64,000 nt of DNA from Desulfobacterales bacterium (GCA_963674755.2 CAXXVS010000002.1:1792001-1856000), one strand, 5' to 3'; positions 1 through 10,095 are shown, counted from the first letter of the stretch. A program made the numbers and translations. Notes: a model not told the origin generated them from the sequence alone.

Positions 1-1
1 A

Positions 2-694
2 CTGGATGATGGGCGAATATTGGTAGCTGAAAACTGGGGAGGTCGAGTTACAGATATTTCAAGCGGGGGTAAAATTATTGCCAGTTCCACTTATGTATCT
101 AACATGTCCAATCCATACAGCCTTCATCAAACCGAGAAAAACGGAAAGATACATATATATGTAAGTGAGCATTACAATGGTCGAGATAGCTGGATTTCAG
201 ACATTAGTAACCCAAATAATATTATTAAATATGTCAATAACATACCTGCTCGCCCGGGATCTGCAGGACTGACACCTTCATCATCTTTTGGAACTTGGCA
301 GAAACAAGCGTCTGCAGGTTGTGTAATTAATTGGCAGGGAGGCGATAGGAAATCGCATTATATTTCTGTAGGTGGACTGGGTCAAATATTGGATGTTACC
401 AATGCTGGTGGTGATTATATTGATCTTATCAAGAATAGGCAGGCAATAGCATGGGATCTTGGTAGGCTTGGGGCTATAAAAGAGCACCCCAAAAATGGGC
501 TCCTTTATGCTGTCGAGCCAGAGAGAGGTGACATTGTCGCAATAAACCCAAAAATGCCAAAGAATATGCGTTTTGATCCCCCTATTGTTAGAGGTTTCAA
601 TTTCCCAACATGCCTACGATTTTCACCTAATGGCGACATCATGTATGTTTGTTCGCAAGGAGATGGTGTCGTTTGGAAGGTAAGCGACTATTAG
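2..694 (+). CDS. Hypothetical beta-propeller (NHL/SMP-30-like) protein, 5'-truncated by the window edge
   Basis: The frame is open from base 2 (LDDGRILVAENWGGRV). It has propeller-like blades such as FNFPTCLRFSPNGDIMYVCSQGDGVVWKV and is markedly AT-rich compared with the rest of the window. Confidence 0.6.
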   Translation: MDDGRILVAENWGGRVTDISSGGKIIASSTYVSNMSNPYSLHQTEKNGKIHIYVSEHYNGRDSWISDISNPNNIIKYVNNIPARPGSAGLTPSSSFGTWQKQASAGCVINWQGGDRKSHYISVGGLGQILDVTNAGGDYIDLIKNRQAIAWDLGRLGAIKEHPKNGLLYAVEPERGDIVAINPKMPKNMRFDPPIVRGFNFPTCLRFSPNGDIMYVCSQGDGVVWKVSDY

Positions 695-709
695 TTTTAA
701 ATGATTCGT

Positions 710-752
710 TTCAGGCTTGACTAATTAAATTTGCTGACTAGCCAAGCCTGAA
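710..752 (+). terminator. Hairpin downstream of the AT-rich gene
   Basis: Inverted repeat ttcaggcttg ... caagcctgaa followed by cgtttctt. Confidence 0.45.
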
Positions 753-1328
753 CGTTTCTTACGAGTTTTTACATCGTATATCAAACCATCTTTGAAAATC
801 CCCCCGAAAACCCCCTGATGTAAACCAACGTCAAGCATCCGCAACCTGACTTTTCGCATTTTCAGGCACTTAGTTTTATCATCCCCGTTCATGGCGGCAT
901 TCTCTTTGACAAGCCAAGATGAGACATGTATTTTGACGACGATAACGACAGGTGGGGATCGTCAAGCGGTCTCCCAGGCGCTTTCCGGTATTCCCTGTTC
1001 AGGGGGCATAGCCGATTCCGAAGCGCCCAACGTTATCCGGCTGATTAGACACGCATCTGTATTTTGTTCGTTTCCGACAGCAGCCCATCTCCCCCGATAG
1101 CACGAACCGGCCATCATGATCGGACGGACGGTCAAACCCGGACGATGACCTTTTGGCGGCTCTTCGCGCCATGCCCGTGGAAGGTCTTTCCTGAACGACA
1201 TGGCCGCCCGCGACCAGGCGAGGCCAACACGCCGGGGAGAGGCATTCTTTTGGGGGACCGCTCCTGATTCGGCGGCCGATCCGCTGAAGCTTATTGATTC
1301 GGTCCAACAGCGAGGCGTTGAATTCCGA

Positions 1329-2999
1329 ATGACAAACGAGCGGACAAACGAAAACCAGCTCCAACCATTAGACGCCGGGGCCTCTGCCGACCAGCGCCGC
1401 CGTGAATACAAGGCGTTCTTTGATACCGCCCCGGTGGGGGGCCTGCTGGTGGATCAGCAGGGCACCATTCGGGAAGCCAACCGGGCTGCTGCCGACCTGT
1501 TGAAGGCCTCGCGCCGGGAATTGGCCGGACGCTCCCTGGCGGCGTTCATTCACCCCGATGCCCGGCGCCGCTTTCGCCGTCAAGTGCTCGCCCGTCTAAG
1601 CGGCGGGCAGCTCATCGGCGCCGACATCGAATTGCTGGCGCGCGACGGCCGGCGCTTCATGGCCCACCTTCAGTGCCAGACCGGCGGCCGGCGCGCATCC
1701 GCTGGGGATTGCATCCACCTCTCCCTGGTGGACATCTCCCGTGAGATAACGCGGGACAAGGATTTGGCTCTGCTGAACGCCTGCCTTGAGGTCGCCGCCA
1801 CGGCAACCGCCCGGCAACCCCTGCTGGATGCCTTTGTAGCCGCCCTGAAGACCTATCTCGAATGCGATGCCGTGGGGATCCGGCTGGCGGCGAAAGACGG
1901 ACGGATGGCCTACCAATCTTACCGGGGCTTCAGCCGGCGTGTCCTCGACAAGGCCTGCGCCCCGGCCTGCCAGGCGACCCCGTGCCTATGCCGGCATGTC
2001 ATGCAAGGCCCGCCATCATCTGCAAAATTGCCCTTTTCGAGTTCGGGCAGCTTTTTTTGCAATGCTTCCAGCCGGCTTGCAACAACGGTGGCCCCCGACC
2101 GTTTCGGGCCCCACTGTACGGTATGCCGTGCCTATGGGTATGAGTCGGTGGCCCTCCTGCCGATTCGCAGCGCCAAACAAATTATCGGGTTGATCCACAT
2201 GGCGGATCGGCGCGAGGATCGTTTCCCGCCGGAAGTTCAGGGCATGCTCGAAAACACGTCCCAGCGTCTCGGCATGGCCCTGGATCGCCTCCACATTCAA
2301 ACCACGCTGGATCACACCATAAGCGAACTCCATCATCTTTCATTCAAATTGATCCAGGCCCAGGAGGACGAGCAGCGGCGCATCGCCATGGAGCTCCACG
2401 ACCAGACGGGGCAGGATCTGAGCGTCCTGAAACTGCGCCTGGTGGACATTCACCACGACCTGCTGGCCCAGGCCCCGGACAAGGCCGACAAATGCCGGGA
2501 GGCGGAATCTTTCATCGACAAGATCATCGAGGATGTCCGGCGCCTGTCCCATGGGTTGAGTCCGGCCGCCCTCGACATTCTGGGCCTGGCCGCCGCTGTC
2601 GACGCCATGGTGACGGATTTTGTGCGTCATGTGAAATGGGAGGCCCGATTGGACGTCGCCACCCTGGATTATATTCCCGACCTTCCGGCCCAAATCGCCG
2701 TCTATCGCATCATCCAGGAAGCGCTGCACAACACTTACAAGCATGCCGGTGCCAGCACCGTTGCCATTCGGTCCCGCCGGCAGAAGAATCACCTGTTGAT
2801 CGACATCAACGACAACGGGTGCGGTTTCGACCGCCTGTCACGGCAGAAAAGCAACGATCGTCCCCAAGGTCTGGGCCTGGCCGCCATGCGGCTGCGGGCC
2901 CGTATGATCGGTGCACGCTTCGCGTACACCAGCCGTCCGGGCGAAGGCGCCCATATCCGGATCGAGCTGCCCCTGGACAGGAGAAAGGATACGCCCTGA
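1329..2999 (+). CDS. PAS-GAF sensor histidine kinase, HisKA_3 (NarX/UhpB type)
   Basis: H-box ...RRIAMELHDQTGQ, N-box YRIIQEALHNTYKHA, DNGCGF, GLGL. N-terminal PAS (FFDTAPVG...ANRAA) and GAF (YESVALLPI). Start placed at ATG 1329; the ORF is open from 1200. Confidence 0.9.
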   Translation: MTNERTNENQLQPLDAGASADQRRREYKAFFDTAPVGGLLVDQQGTIREANRAAADLLKASRRELAGRSLAAFIHPDARRRFRRQVLARLSGGQLIGADIELLARDGRRFMAHLQCQTGGRRASAGDCIHLSLVDISREITRDKDLALLNACLEVAATATARQPLLDAFVAALKTYLECDAVGIRLAAKDGRMAYQSYRGFSRRVLDKACAPACQATPCLCRHVMQGPPSSAKLPFSSSGSFFCNASSRLATTVAPDRFGPHCTVCRAYGYESVALLPIRSAKQIIGLIHMADRREDRFPPEVQGMLENTSQRLGMALDRLHIQTTLDHTISELHHLSFKLIQAQEDEQRRIAMELHDQTGQDLSVLKLRLVDIHHDLLAQAPDKADKCREAESFIDKIIEDVRRLSHGLSPAALDILGLAAAVDAMVTDFVRHVKWEARLDVATLDYIPDLPAQIAVYRIIQEALHNTYKHAGASTVAIRSRRQKNHLLIDINDNGCGFDRLSRQKSNDRPQGLGLAAMRLRARMIGARFAYTSRPGEGAHIRIELPLDRRKDTP

Positions 3000-3652
3000 T
3001 GATCTATCGCATCGTCCTGGCAGACGACCATGTCCTGGTGCGCGAGGGCATTAAAAGTCTGATCGAGAAAACCCCGGGACTGGCCGTGGTGGGGGAAGCC
3101 GGCGACGGCATCGCCCTGCTGCGCCTATTGGAGAAGATCCAGCCCGGGATGGTCATAATGGATATCGCCATGCCGGGTCTGCGGGGGCTCGAAGCCGCCC
3201 GTGAGATCCAGGCCCGGCACCCCCAGGTCAAGGTCCTGATCCTGAGCATGTACCGCCGCCGGGAATTCCTGAGCATGGCCCTGGCGGCCGGGGCCAAAGG
3301 GTATCTTTTGAAGGAAGATACCAGCCAGGAGCTGATCGCGGCCATCGAAGAAATCCGCAAGGGCCGCACCTACCTGTCCCGTAAGCTGGCCCTGGAATTC
3401 CCCACCGAGATCATCGGCATCTGCCGGGGCAACGAAAAAATCGAGGCCGAACCCCTCACCCGCCGGGAGCGCGAGGTCCTCAAACTGATTGCCGAGGGGC
3501 TTACCGACCGGGAGATCGGCGCAAAGCTTTTCATCAGCCTGCGCACCGCCCAGCGCCACCACGGCAATATCCGCCGGAAGCTCAACCTGAAGCGCACCGC
3601 CGACATCGTGAAGTACGCCATTGCCCGAGGCTACGTCGATTCCCAGCTATAG
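2999..3652 (+). CDS. NarL/LuxR-family response regulator
   Basis: IVLADDH...MDIAMP...GYLLK receiver and LTRREREVLKLIAEG HTH. The start overlaps the kinase stop (TGATG). Confidence 0.95.
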   Translation: MIYRIVLADDHVLVREGIKSLIEKTPGLAVVGEAGDGIALLRLLEKIQPGMVIMDIAMPGLRGLEAAREIQARHPQVKVLILSMYRRREFLSMALAAGAKGYLLKEDTSQELIAAIEEIRKGRTYLSRKLALEFPTEIIGICRGNEKIEAEPLTRREREVLKLIAEGLTDREIGAKLFISLRTAQRHHGNIRRKLNLKRTADIVKYAIARGYVDSQL

Positions 3653-3863
3653 AAGACATCCTTTGATTCAGTTCAGCATTCTCGCTCTTCAGAAATTTTT
3701 GCCGTAGCTCACGCCAGTGGTTTCAAAATCACCGCGGCCATGGCTTGAACCAAAAGCGACCACTTCTGGATGGATAATAGATAAGGGATGGGTAGTATTA
3801 CCCATGCCGGATCGCTTAAATGGTCACTTCTGCCGATTGTTATCCTCGCCCCTTTTTCATATG

Positions 3864-4009
3864 TAGTGCCCATCCAGAGGTGGTAGATTTTGGTTTCTGG
3901 CAAGGCCGCAGCCGACTGGCGCCCACAGGCGTAGCGGGCTACGCCGAGGACCGACAGGAGGCGAGAACGCCGCCAGGTGCCAAAAGATGCCATTTATGGG
4001 TGGGCACTA
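3864..4009. mobile_element. MITE-like inverted-repeat element, copy 1 (146 bp)
   Basis: Ends tagtgcccatccagaggtgg and ccatttatgggtgggcacta are imperfect inverted repeats bounded by TA. A related copy lies at 20231-20421. Confidence 0.75.
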
Positions 4010-4098
4010 TGTAGGCTCGCAGGAACCGATGGCATCGTCGGCCGATCGCAAATCGACACGGCCGGTCGAAACCGCCTGGTGGGGAAGGAATGCGATCC

Positions 4099-4521
4099 AT
4101 GTCTTTTTCCGCAAGTGAGTGCCGGGTGCTGGTGGTGGAGGATGACGTTGTCATCCGCCAGGCGGTCGCCAGCCTTTTCACCCGGCTTGACTATCCGGTG
4201 GCCAGCACCGGGGAGAGTTCCGCCGCCGTCGCGCTTGCATGCCAGTGCCATTATCATCTGGTGGTATCGGATTTCGACATGCCGGTGCTCGACGGTTACC
4301 AGTTGGCATGCTGCATCAAGCAGGAGGATCCCGGCACCAAAATCGTTGTCATGAGCGGCAGCAACCAGTACCAGGTTGCGCTCTATATGGGCCGCCGTGA
4401 AGTCGACGGGTGGCTGTTCAAGCCCTTCGGCCTCCAGGCCGTCAGCAATGTCATGACCAAGCTGGGCCTGCCGAATGCTTTTGCAGCACGCCTTTCCAAA
4501 AATCGGACCGTCTTCGGGTAG
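4099..4521 (+). CDS. Single-domain response regulator (CheY-like)
   Basis: VLVVEDD, LVVSDFDMP, VVMSG and FKP motifs are all present. Confidence 0.85.
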   Translation: MSFSASECRVLVVEDDVVIRQAVASLFTRLDYPVASTGESSAAVALACQCHYHLVVSDFDMPVLDGYQLACCIKQEDPGTKIVVMSGSNQYQVALYMGRREVDGWLFKPFGLQAVSNVMTKLGLPNAFAARLSKNRTVFG

Positions 4522-4672
4522 GTGCCACAGGCACCCCTTGGAGATGCAATCCCGTGACCCAATAGGGCCACATTGTCACCCTTGCCAAAAGCACCCAAGG
4601 CCTTTCCCGACAACGGCAGCGCGATGTTGACGGATTGTCGGGACATGAGCACGCAAGACGAAGGAGATCTCC

Positions 4673-4981
4673 ATGAGCATCAAAAAGCAGTATCTCAAGA
4701 CCAAACCGATCTGCAAGGTAACGTTCAAAATTGACGCGGCGATCGGCAATTCCGCTCCCAAGGCTTACGTCGTTGGAGAATTCAACGACTGGTCCACCAC
4801 GGCCAATCCCATGAAACGCCTGAAAAACGGGGGGTTCACCGCCACGATCGATCTCGAAAAGGGACGCGCGTACCAGTTCCGCTATTTGCTGGGCAAACAG
4901 CACTGGGAAAACGACAGCGAAGCCGACCGCCAGGCCCCTACACCCTTCGGGGACAGCCGCAATTCGGTCATCGACCTCTGA
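4673..4981 (+). CDS. Stand-alone glycogen-binding (CBM48/isoamylase early-set) protein
   Basis: VVGEFNDW...PMKR...YQFRYL...WEND...NSVI; RBS aaggag. Confidence 0.9.
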   Translation: MSIKKQYLKTKPICKVTFKIDAAIGNSAPKAYVVGEFNDWSTTANPMKRLKNGGFTATIDLEKGRAYQFRYLLGKQHWENDSEADRQAPTPFGDSRNSVIDL

Positions 4982-5000
4982 TGGGAAAGGAGCCCGTTCT

Positions 5001-6536
5001 ATGGCTGAGGCCCGAAATCCCCGCATCCTCGTGGTGACGCCGGAGATCTCCGCGCTGCCCGACCCGTCTATTGCGGAAGCCCGGATCCTGGCAGCCCGGG
5101 CCAGCGGTCTGGGAGATGTCTGCGCCGGCCTTATCCTTCAACTGCAGGCCGCCGGGGCGGACGTCCACGTGGCCATGCCCAACTATCGCAACATTTTCCG
5201 CCGCAAGGTCATCCATTTGCCGGAAGGCGACGCGCGAGCGCGCGAGGCCGGCAACATTCATTTGGTCCAGGACCGCGCCTTCTACTATCCCCGTCAGCTG
5301 CTGATGGACACCAGTTGGGACAGCATCAAGATTGCCCTGGCGTTCCAGCGGGAAGTCATGCACCAGGTCATTCCGGAAGTGCGGCCGGACCTGATCCACT
5401 GCCACGACTGGATGACGGGGCTCCTGCCCCCCCTGGCCCGTTCCCTGGGCATTCCCTGTCTTTTCACCCTCTACAATCTCAACACCGTTCAGTTGTCCCT
5501 GGCCACGATCGAAGAGCGCGGCATCGATGCCGCCGCTTTCTGGCAGCACGGCTACTATGCGGCCATGCCCGGCAGCTACGAGCAGACCCGGGAACATAAT
5601 CCGGCTGACCTGCTGGTCAGCGCCGTTTTCGCCGCCGGGTTCGTCAATACGGTCAGCCCCTCGTTTCTGCGCCAGATCATGGATGACCGCTGTCATTTCA
5701 TCGCCCCGGGGCTAAGGACCGAATTGAGCAACAAGTACCAGTCCGGCTGTCTGGCGGCCATTGCCCAGGCCCCGGCCCCCCATTTCAATCCGGCCAGCGA
5801 CACGGCCCTCTGCCGCTGCTACAACGCCGAAGACCACCCTTCCGGCAAAGCCTTCAACAAGCTGCGTCTGCAGGAGATCTTCAATCTTCGCATGGACTCC
5901 CGGGCGCCTTTGTTTTTCTGGCCCACCCGTCTGGGCGGCGGACGACGCGGCTGCTGGATGATGGCCGAACTGCTCCCCGGGTTACTGGAGCGCTACGCTT
6001 CCCAGGGGCTGCAGCTGGTCTTCATTGCCGACGGAGATCTGCACGACCACTTCAAAACCCTGGTCCACAACATCGGCGCCGGGGACCGGGTGGCGGTGTG
6101 GCCCTTCGACCCCGGCCGGCAGCGCCTGGCGTTTGCCGCCGCCGACTTCCTGCTGATGCCCGTCCAATACGAACCCTGCGGCATGCCCTGCAAGATTGCA
6201 CAACGCTACGGCGCCCTGCCGGTGGGGCACGCCACGGGCGGGATCAGCGATTGCGTCACGCCCCTCGACACGGCGGCCGACCGCGGCAATGGATTTCTGT
6301 TCGACACCTTCGATGAGACCGGTCTGGCCGATGCCATCCAGCGTGCCATGGCGTTTTACAGCCAGTCCGACACCCTGCGCGCCTCCCAGGTCCGACGGAT
6401 CATGGCGGAGGGGCGCCATCGGGACGCCGATCAGGCCGCCACCGCCGCCTATATCGACTGCTATGAACGCCTGCTGGCCACCTCCCTCGACCACCTGCGC
6501 CAGGGGCTCCAGGCTCCTGTTTTGGAAGTCGCCTGA
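5001..6536 (+). CDS. glgA: Glycogen/starch synthase-like glycosyltransferase (GT5), divergent
   Basis: ILVVTPE, GLGDV, DLIHCHDWMTG, VNTVSP, YEPCG, TGGISD and GNGFLF. The canonical KTGG motif is altered. Confidence 0.85.
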   Translation: MAEARNPRILVVTPEISALPDPSIAEARILAARASGLGDVCAGLILQLQAAGADVHVAMPNYRNIFRRKVIHLPEGDARAREAGNIHLVQDRAFYYPRQLLMDTSWDSIKIALAFQREVMHQVIPEVRPDLIHCHDWMTGLLPPLARSLGIPCLFTLYNLNTVQLSLATIEERGIDAAAFWQHGYYAAMPGSYEQTREHNPADLLVSAVFAAGFVNTVSPSFLRQIMDDRCHFIAPGLRTELSNKYQSGCLAAIAQAPAPHFNPASDTALCRCYNAEDHPSGKAFNKLRLQEIFNLRMDSRAPLFFWPTRLGGGRRGCWMMAELLPGLLERYASQGLQLVFIADGDLHDHFKTLVHNIGAGDRVAVWPFDPGRQRLAFAAADFLLMPVQYEPCGMPCKIAQRYGALPVGHATGGISDCVTPLDTAADRGNGFLFDTFDETGLADAIQRAMAFYSQSDTLRASQVRRIMAEGRHRDADQAATAAYIDCYERLLATSLDHLRQGLQAPVLEVA

Positions 6537-6655
6537 ACCTGATGCAAATCGAGCGGATGTTTTGCAATCCCGGCGACAGCGGCCTTTGGCCGCGACGCCT
6601 CCCGATCACCGCCCTCTTCTGCGCACCGCCGTGACACATTGGCTTGCCGGTCATA

Positions 6656-8086
6656 TTACGACACAGGCGGCGCCAGGGGCATGGTCATGAAGATGGTATT
6701 GCCATCGCGGTCCACCAGCAGCAGAAGGGTATGCTGGTCCGCATGCCGGTCCAGGCTGCTGCGGAACGCCTCCACGTCGCCGGCCGGTTCCTGTTCCACC
6801 TCCACGATGATGTCGCCCGGCTGCAGCCCGGCTTCGGCCGCGGCCCCGCCGGGATCGACCTGGACGACCAGCAGCCCCTGGTTGCGCGGCAGGCCGTATT
6901 CGGCGGCCAGCGCCGGGGTGAGTGCCTGAAGCGTCAAGCCCACCCACGGGTCCATTGCCTCGGCCTGGACGCCTTCCGCCGCGCCGTTCTCCTCGACCAT
7001 TTCACGGGTCACCACCGTCAGGGGCGTTTTGCGTCCCCGACGCAGCACTTCCAGTTCCGCCTTGTGGTTGATGGGCGTGGCGCCCACGATAAGCGGCAGG
7101 TCGTGGGAATTGACCACGGGCTTGCCGTCAAAGGCAATGATGACATCCCCGCGCTGCACGCCGGCCTTGTCCGCCGGACTGCCCGCGATCACATCCGAAA
7201 CCAGCGCCCCGCTGTCCGTGCCCAATTGCAGGCGCTCATCGAGGGCCGGGGTGACATTCTGGATCAGAACCCCCAGAAAAGGGCGCCGTACCTTGCCCTG
7301 GCGCAGTTGAGGCAGCAACGCCTTCACCATGTTGATAGGAATGGCAAAGCCGATCCCCACGCTGCCGGCCGACTCGCTAAAGATGATCGAGTTGATGCCC
7401 ACCACCTCGCCACGGGTGTTGAGCAGGGGGCCGCCGCTGTTGCCCGGGTTGATGGCCGCATCGGTCTGGATGAAGTTGTCGTAGTCACCGATCCCGATCT
7501 GGCGATATTTGGCGCTCACGATGCCGGAGGTAACCGTGTTGCCCAGGCCGAAGGGGTTGCCGATGGCCACGACCCAGTCGCCTACCTCCAGAATTTCGGA
7601 ATCCCCCAGAGGCAGCGGCGTCAGCGGATCTTCCGCCTCGATCCGGATCAAGGCCGTGTCGGTCTTCGGGTCCCGCCCCACGATGGAAGCCGGGTATTCC
7701 CGGTCGTCCGCCAGCCTGACCTTCAAGTCGGTGCTGTCTTCCACCACGTGGTTGTTGGTCAGGATCAGGCCTGCGGGGTCGATCACAAACCCGCTGCCCA
7801 GGGCCCCCAGTTGGTAGTCGTAGGGCATGGGCGTGCCAAAAAAACGTTCGAAAAATTCCCGGTACGGATCGCCGGACCCGAAAGGCATCTCGTCCGGTGC
7901 GGGGGCTTTGATCACTTTGTTGGCAATAATATTCACCACGCCGGGAGAGGCTTTCTTGACGAGACCCGCAAAGGATTCCGGCTGGTTCTGGGCGCCGCGG
8001 GCGGTCCCGCAGGCCGAAACGCAAACGAAGATCAGAGCCAGCACCACCCCTTGCAGTCGTCCGGCCGAGGAACGCCATCGTGTCAT
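6656..8086 (-). CDS. HtrA/DegQ-family serine endoprotease with two PDZ domains
   Basis: TNNHV, DTAL and GNSGGPL triad motifs; PDZ segments SPADKAG and AAEAGLQPGD. RBS aggagg lies 7 nt before ATG 8086; possible lipobox VSAC. Confidence 0.95.
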   Translation of the reverse strand: MTRWRSSAGRLQGVVLALIFVCVSACGTARGAQNQPESFAGLVKKASPGVVNIIANKVIKAPAPDEMPFGSGDPYREFFERFFGTPMPYDYQLGALGSGFVIDPAGLILTNNHVVEDSTDLKVRLADDREYPASIVGRDPKTDTALIRIEAEDPLTPLPLGDSEILEVGDWVVAIGNPFGLGNTVTSGIVSAKYRQIGIGDYDNFIQTDAAINPGNSGGPLLNTRGEVVGINSIIFSESAGSVGIGFAIPINMVKALLPQLRQGKVRRPFLGVLIQNVTPALDERLQLGTDSGALVSDVIAGSPADKAGVQRGDVIIAFDGKPVVNSHDLPLIVGATPINHKAELEVLRRGRKTPLTVVTREMVEENGAAEGVQAEAMDPWVGLTLQALTPALAAEYGLPRNQGLLVVQVDPGGAAAEAGLQPGDIIVEVEQEPAGDVEAFRSSLDRHADQHTLLLLVDRDGNTIFMTMPLAPPVS

Positions 8087-8165
8087 ACGCATACCTCCTG
8101 TTGCGCACATCGTGTCCGCAACCGTTGATGAAAGGAGCGGTGCCAAACCCCGGCCTGCTGCCCGC

Positions 8166-8903
8166 CTATCTCCTGAAATCGACATCCGCATAAAAGCCGA
8201 TGTGGTCGGAAACGCCCCTATGACGGAGGGGCACCAGACCCGCCTCCCTAACCTGAAAGCGGTCGGCGCTGACCCAGATCTGGTCGATGTGGCGCGGCTC
8301 GCCGGTGATGGTCCCGACGGCTTCGGCCTCGCGGCTGCCGGGGGTATCCACCACCCGGCCGGTATCCATCATCCTGTCTTTCATCGGCGACAGGGCCTCG
8401 TCGTCCGGGGAGAGGTTGAAATCCCCCATGAGCACCAGGGGGCCGTCCATCGCGGCGGTTCGCGCGGCCAGCGCTTCGATTTGCATCGCCGGCCGGCGAA
8501 CGTCCAGGTGCACGTTCAGCACTGCGAACGTCCCGTCCGGCCCTTCGAACCGGGCCCACAGGCCGTTGCGCCCGGTACGGACATCGGGATCGAAAAAGAC
8601 GGCGAAGTTGCCCTGCCGCCGCAGACGGTAACGGAAAAGCAGGGCCAGCCCCCACTCGAAGAAGTTCAGTGAATAACTGGAGGGGTGCGGCGTGTAGAGG
8701 CAGCCCAACTTCAGCCAGGCGGCTATCTTCTCGGCGTGCCGCGCATTGCGAACCTCCTGCAGGGCCACGATGTCGGGGGTTACCGCCTGAATGGCCCGGG
8801 CCAGGGCCATATCGCGCGCTTCCGACGCCGGAATATCATAGGCCGGTTTGGTCAGCAGGCCGCCCCCGGCTCCCAGGCGAATATTGAACGTCAACAGACG
8901 CAT
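8166..8903 (-). CDS. Endonuclease/exonuclease/phosphatase (EEP) family protein
   Basis: LLTFNI, DIVALQEV, NVHL, GDFN, IDQI and SDH motifs. Confidence 0.9.
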   Translation of the reverse strand: MRLLTFNIRLGAGGGLLTKPAYDIPASEARDMALARAIQAVTPDIVALQEVRNARHAEKIAAWLKLGCLYTPHPSSYSLNFFEWGLALLFRYRLRRQGNFAVFFDPDVRTGRNGLWARFEGPDGTFAVLNVHLDVRRPAMQIEALAARTAAMDGPLVLMGDFNLSPDDEALSPMKDRMMDTGRVVDTPGSREAEAVGTITGEPRHIDQIWVSADRFQVREAGLVPLRHRGVSDHIGFYADVDFRR

Positions 8904-9247
8904 GACCGCCCCACGTCCGGTCCTCCCATCTCAATTTTGCCACGCAGGCCCGGACCGCCGCTCCGGGAGAAATCCCCCGACACCTGAGCGGTAAAACCGT
9001 ACTTCGGGCCAGGACCCGGGCGGCGTGTCTTGCGGTGGGGCAGGGCATCCTTGCGGCGCACCGAGGCGGGATTTGAAGCACAAGGTGCGGCAGGTTGTTG
9101 CCGCCCGACGGTCGATGATGCGGGCCTTGGCGGAATCCGAACGTATGCGCAAACCACTTCCATTCTTGGGCAGACCGGTCAGGCACTTTGCCCGCTGCCT
9201 GATAAGCGATATAGGCTTGGCCGGCCGTTTCGCCCCATCGCAGTTCT

Positions 9248-9577
9248 CTAGTCGGATGCGGCCGGTTTTTGCGCTCCACTTTCAGCCGCGCCCTCGCCGA
9301 CGACTTCATATTGGGCCACGGAAATAGTCTTGCCGCTCTCGCGCTCCATCAGGGCGCCCGTCAATTTGACGTTCTTCCCCTCCAGGGCGTAAAGCGCCTT
9401 GTTCTCCACCAATCGATAGGTGTTGGCGCCGTCATCAGTCTTCAGCACGAGCCCCTGGTCGGTTTTCTCCACGGTTCCGGTGAAGGTCTGCTCCCCGCTC
9501 GCACAGCCGGTCATGGCCAAAAGACCGACGATAAGGGCCAGGGTGATGATTGTTCTGCCGATCGGGTTGCTTTTCAT
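9248..9577 (-). CDS. Small lipoprotein with OB-fold-like domain (DUF5818-like)
   Basis: Signal peptide with lipobox MTGC; TFTGTV...YRL...GKNVKLTG...ISVAQYEV; RBS aaggagg. Confidence 0.8.
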   Translation of the reverse strand: MKSNPIGRTIITLALIVGLLAMTGCASGEQTFTGTVEKTDQGLVLKTDDGANTYRLVENKALYALEGKNVKLTGALMERESGKTISVAQYEVVGEGAAESGAQKPAASD

Positions 9578-9861
9578 GGGTGTCCTCCTTGGGGTTCAGC
9601 TCGTTTGGGATGTTTTCGTCTGGAACGACGACAATTGCCGATTCCCGTTGCTGTCCGGCATACGGGGTATTTGAAATCCCCCCTTTCGTGTTCCGCCAGA
9701 GGCAACAGGGAGGTGGACGGCTTGCGGCACTGGTCACACAAGAATTCATGATTGAGCAAAGCAGCTGCCCTCTGAACAGACGACCGGCAGCCACAGCGGC
9801 GGCCCGGAATACTGTAAGGCGATGCCATACCTGCTTGCCTCAAGCGATTATTGGCCTTGAT

Positions 9862-10095
9862 TCAGCGATCGATGATCTCCAGAAGCGAACGTCGGTGCTC
9901 CCGTGAGGACGCGGCGTTGAGAATGGTCCGGATCGCCTTGGCGTTCTGCCCCTGCTTGCCGATGACCTTGCCGCGATCCTCCTGGACGACATGGAGCTCG
10001 AAGACGGTCGTTTGGTTTCCTTTAAACTCCGAGACGGAAACACTATCGGGATGGTCGACCATGGCCCGCACAATCGTCAAAATCAGCTCCTTCAT
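9862..10095 (-). CDS. khpA: KH-domain RNA-binding protein (KhpA/YlqC family)
   Basis: MKELI...VDHPD...DRGKVIGKQG...AIRTIL...LEI; RBS gaggagg. Confidence 0.9.
   Translation of the reverse strand: MKELILTIVRAMVDHPDSVSVSEFKGNQTTVFELHVVQEDRGKVIGKQGQNAKAIRTILNAASSREHRRSLLEIIDR

Noticed and set aside
875..900. FIIPVHGG as a HicA-like toxin fragment, or a full tRNA at this site
   Set aside because: No supporting ORF and no cloverleaf; kept only as a weak att-remnant idea.
2492..2998. Long N-terminal extension of the response regulator
   Set aside because: It overlaps the kinase in another frame; the receiver domain starts at ATG 2999.
6644..8128. 494-aa plus-strand ORF
   Set aside because: Antisense shadow of the HtrA gene.
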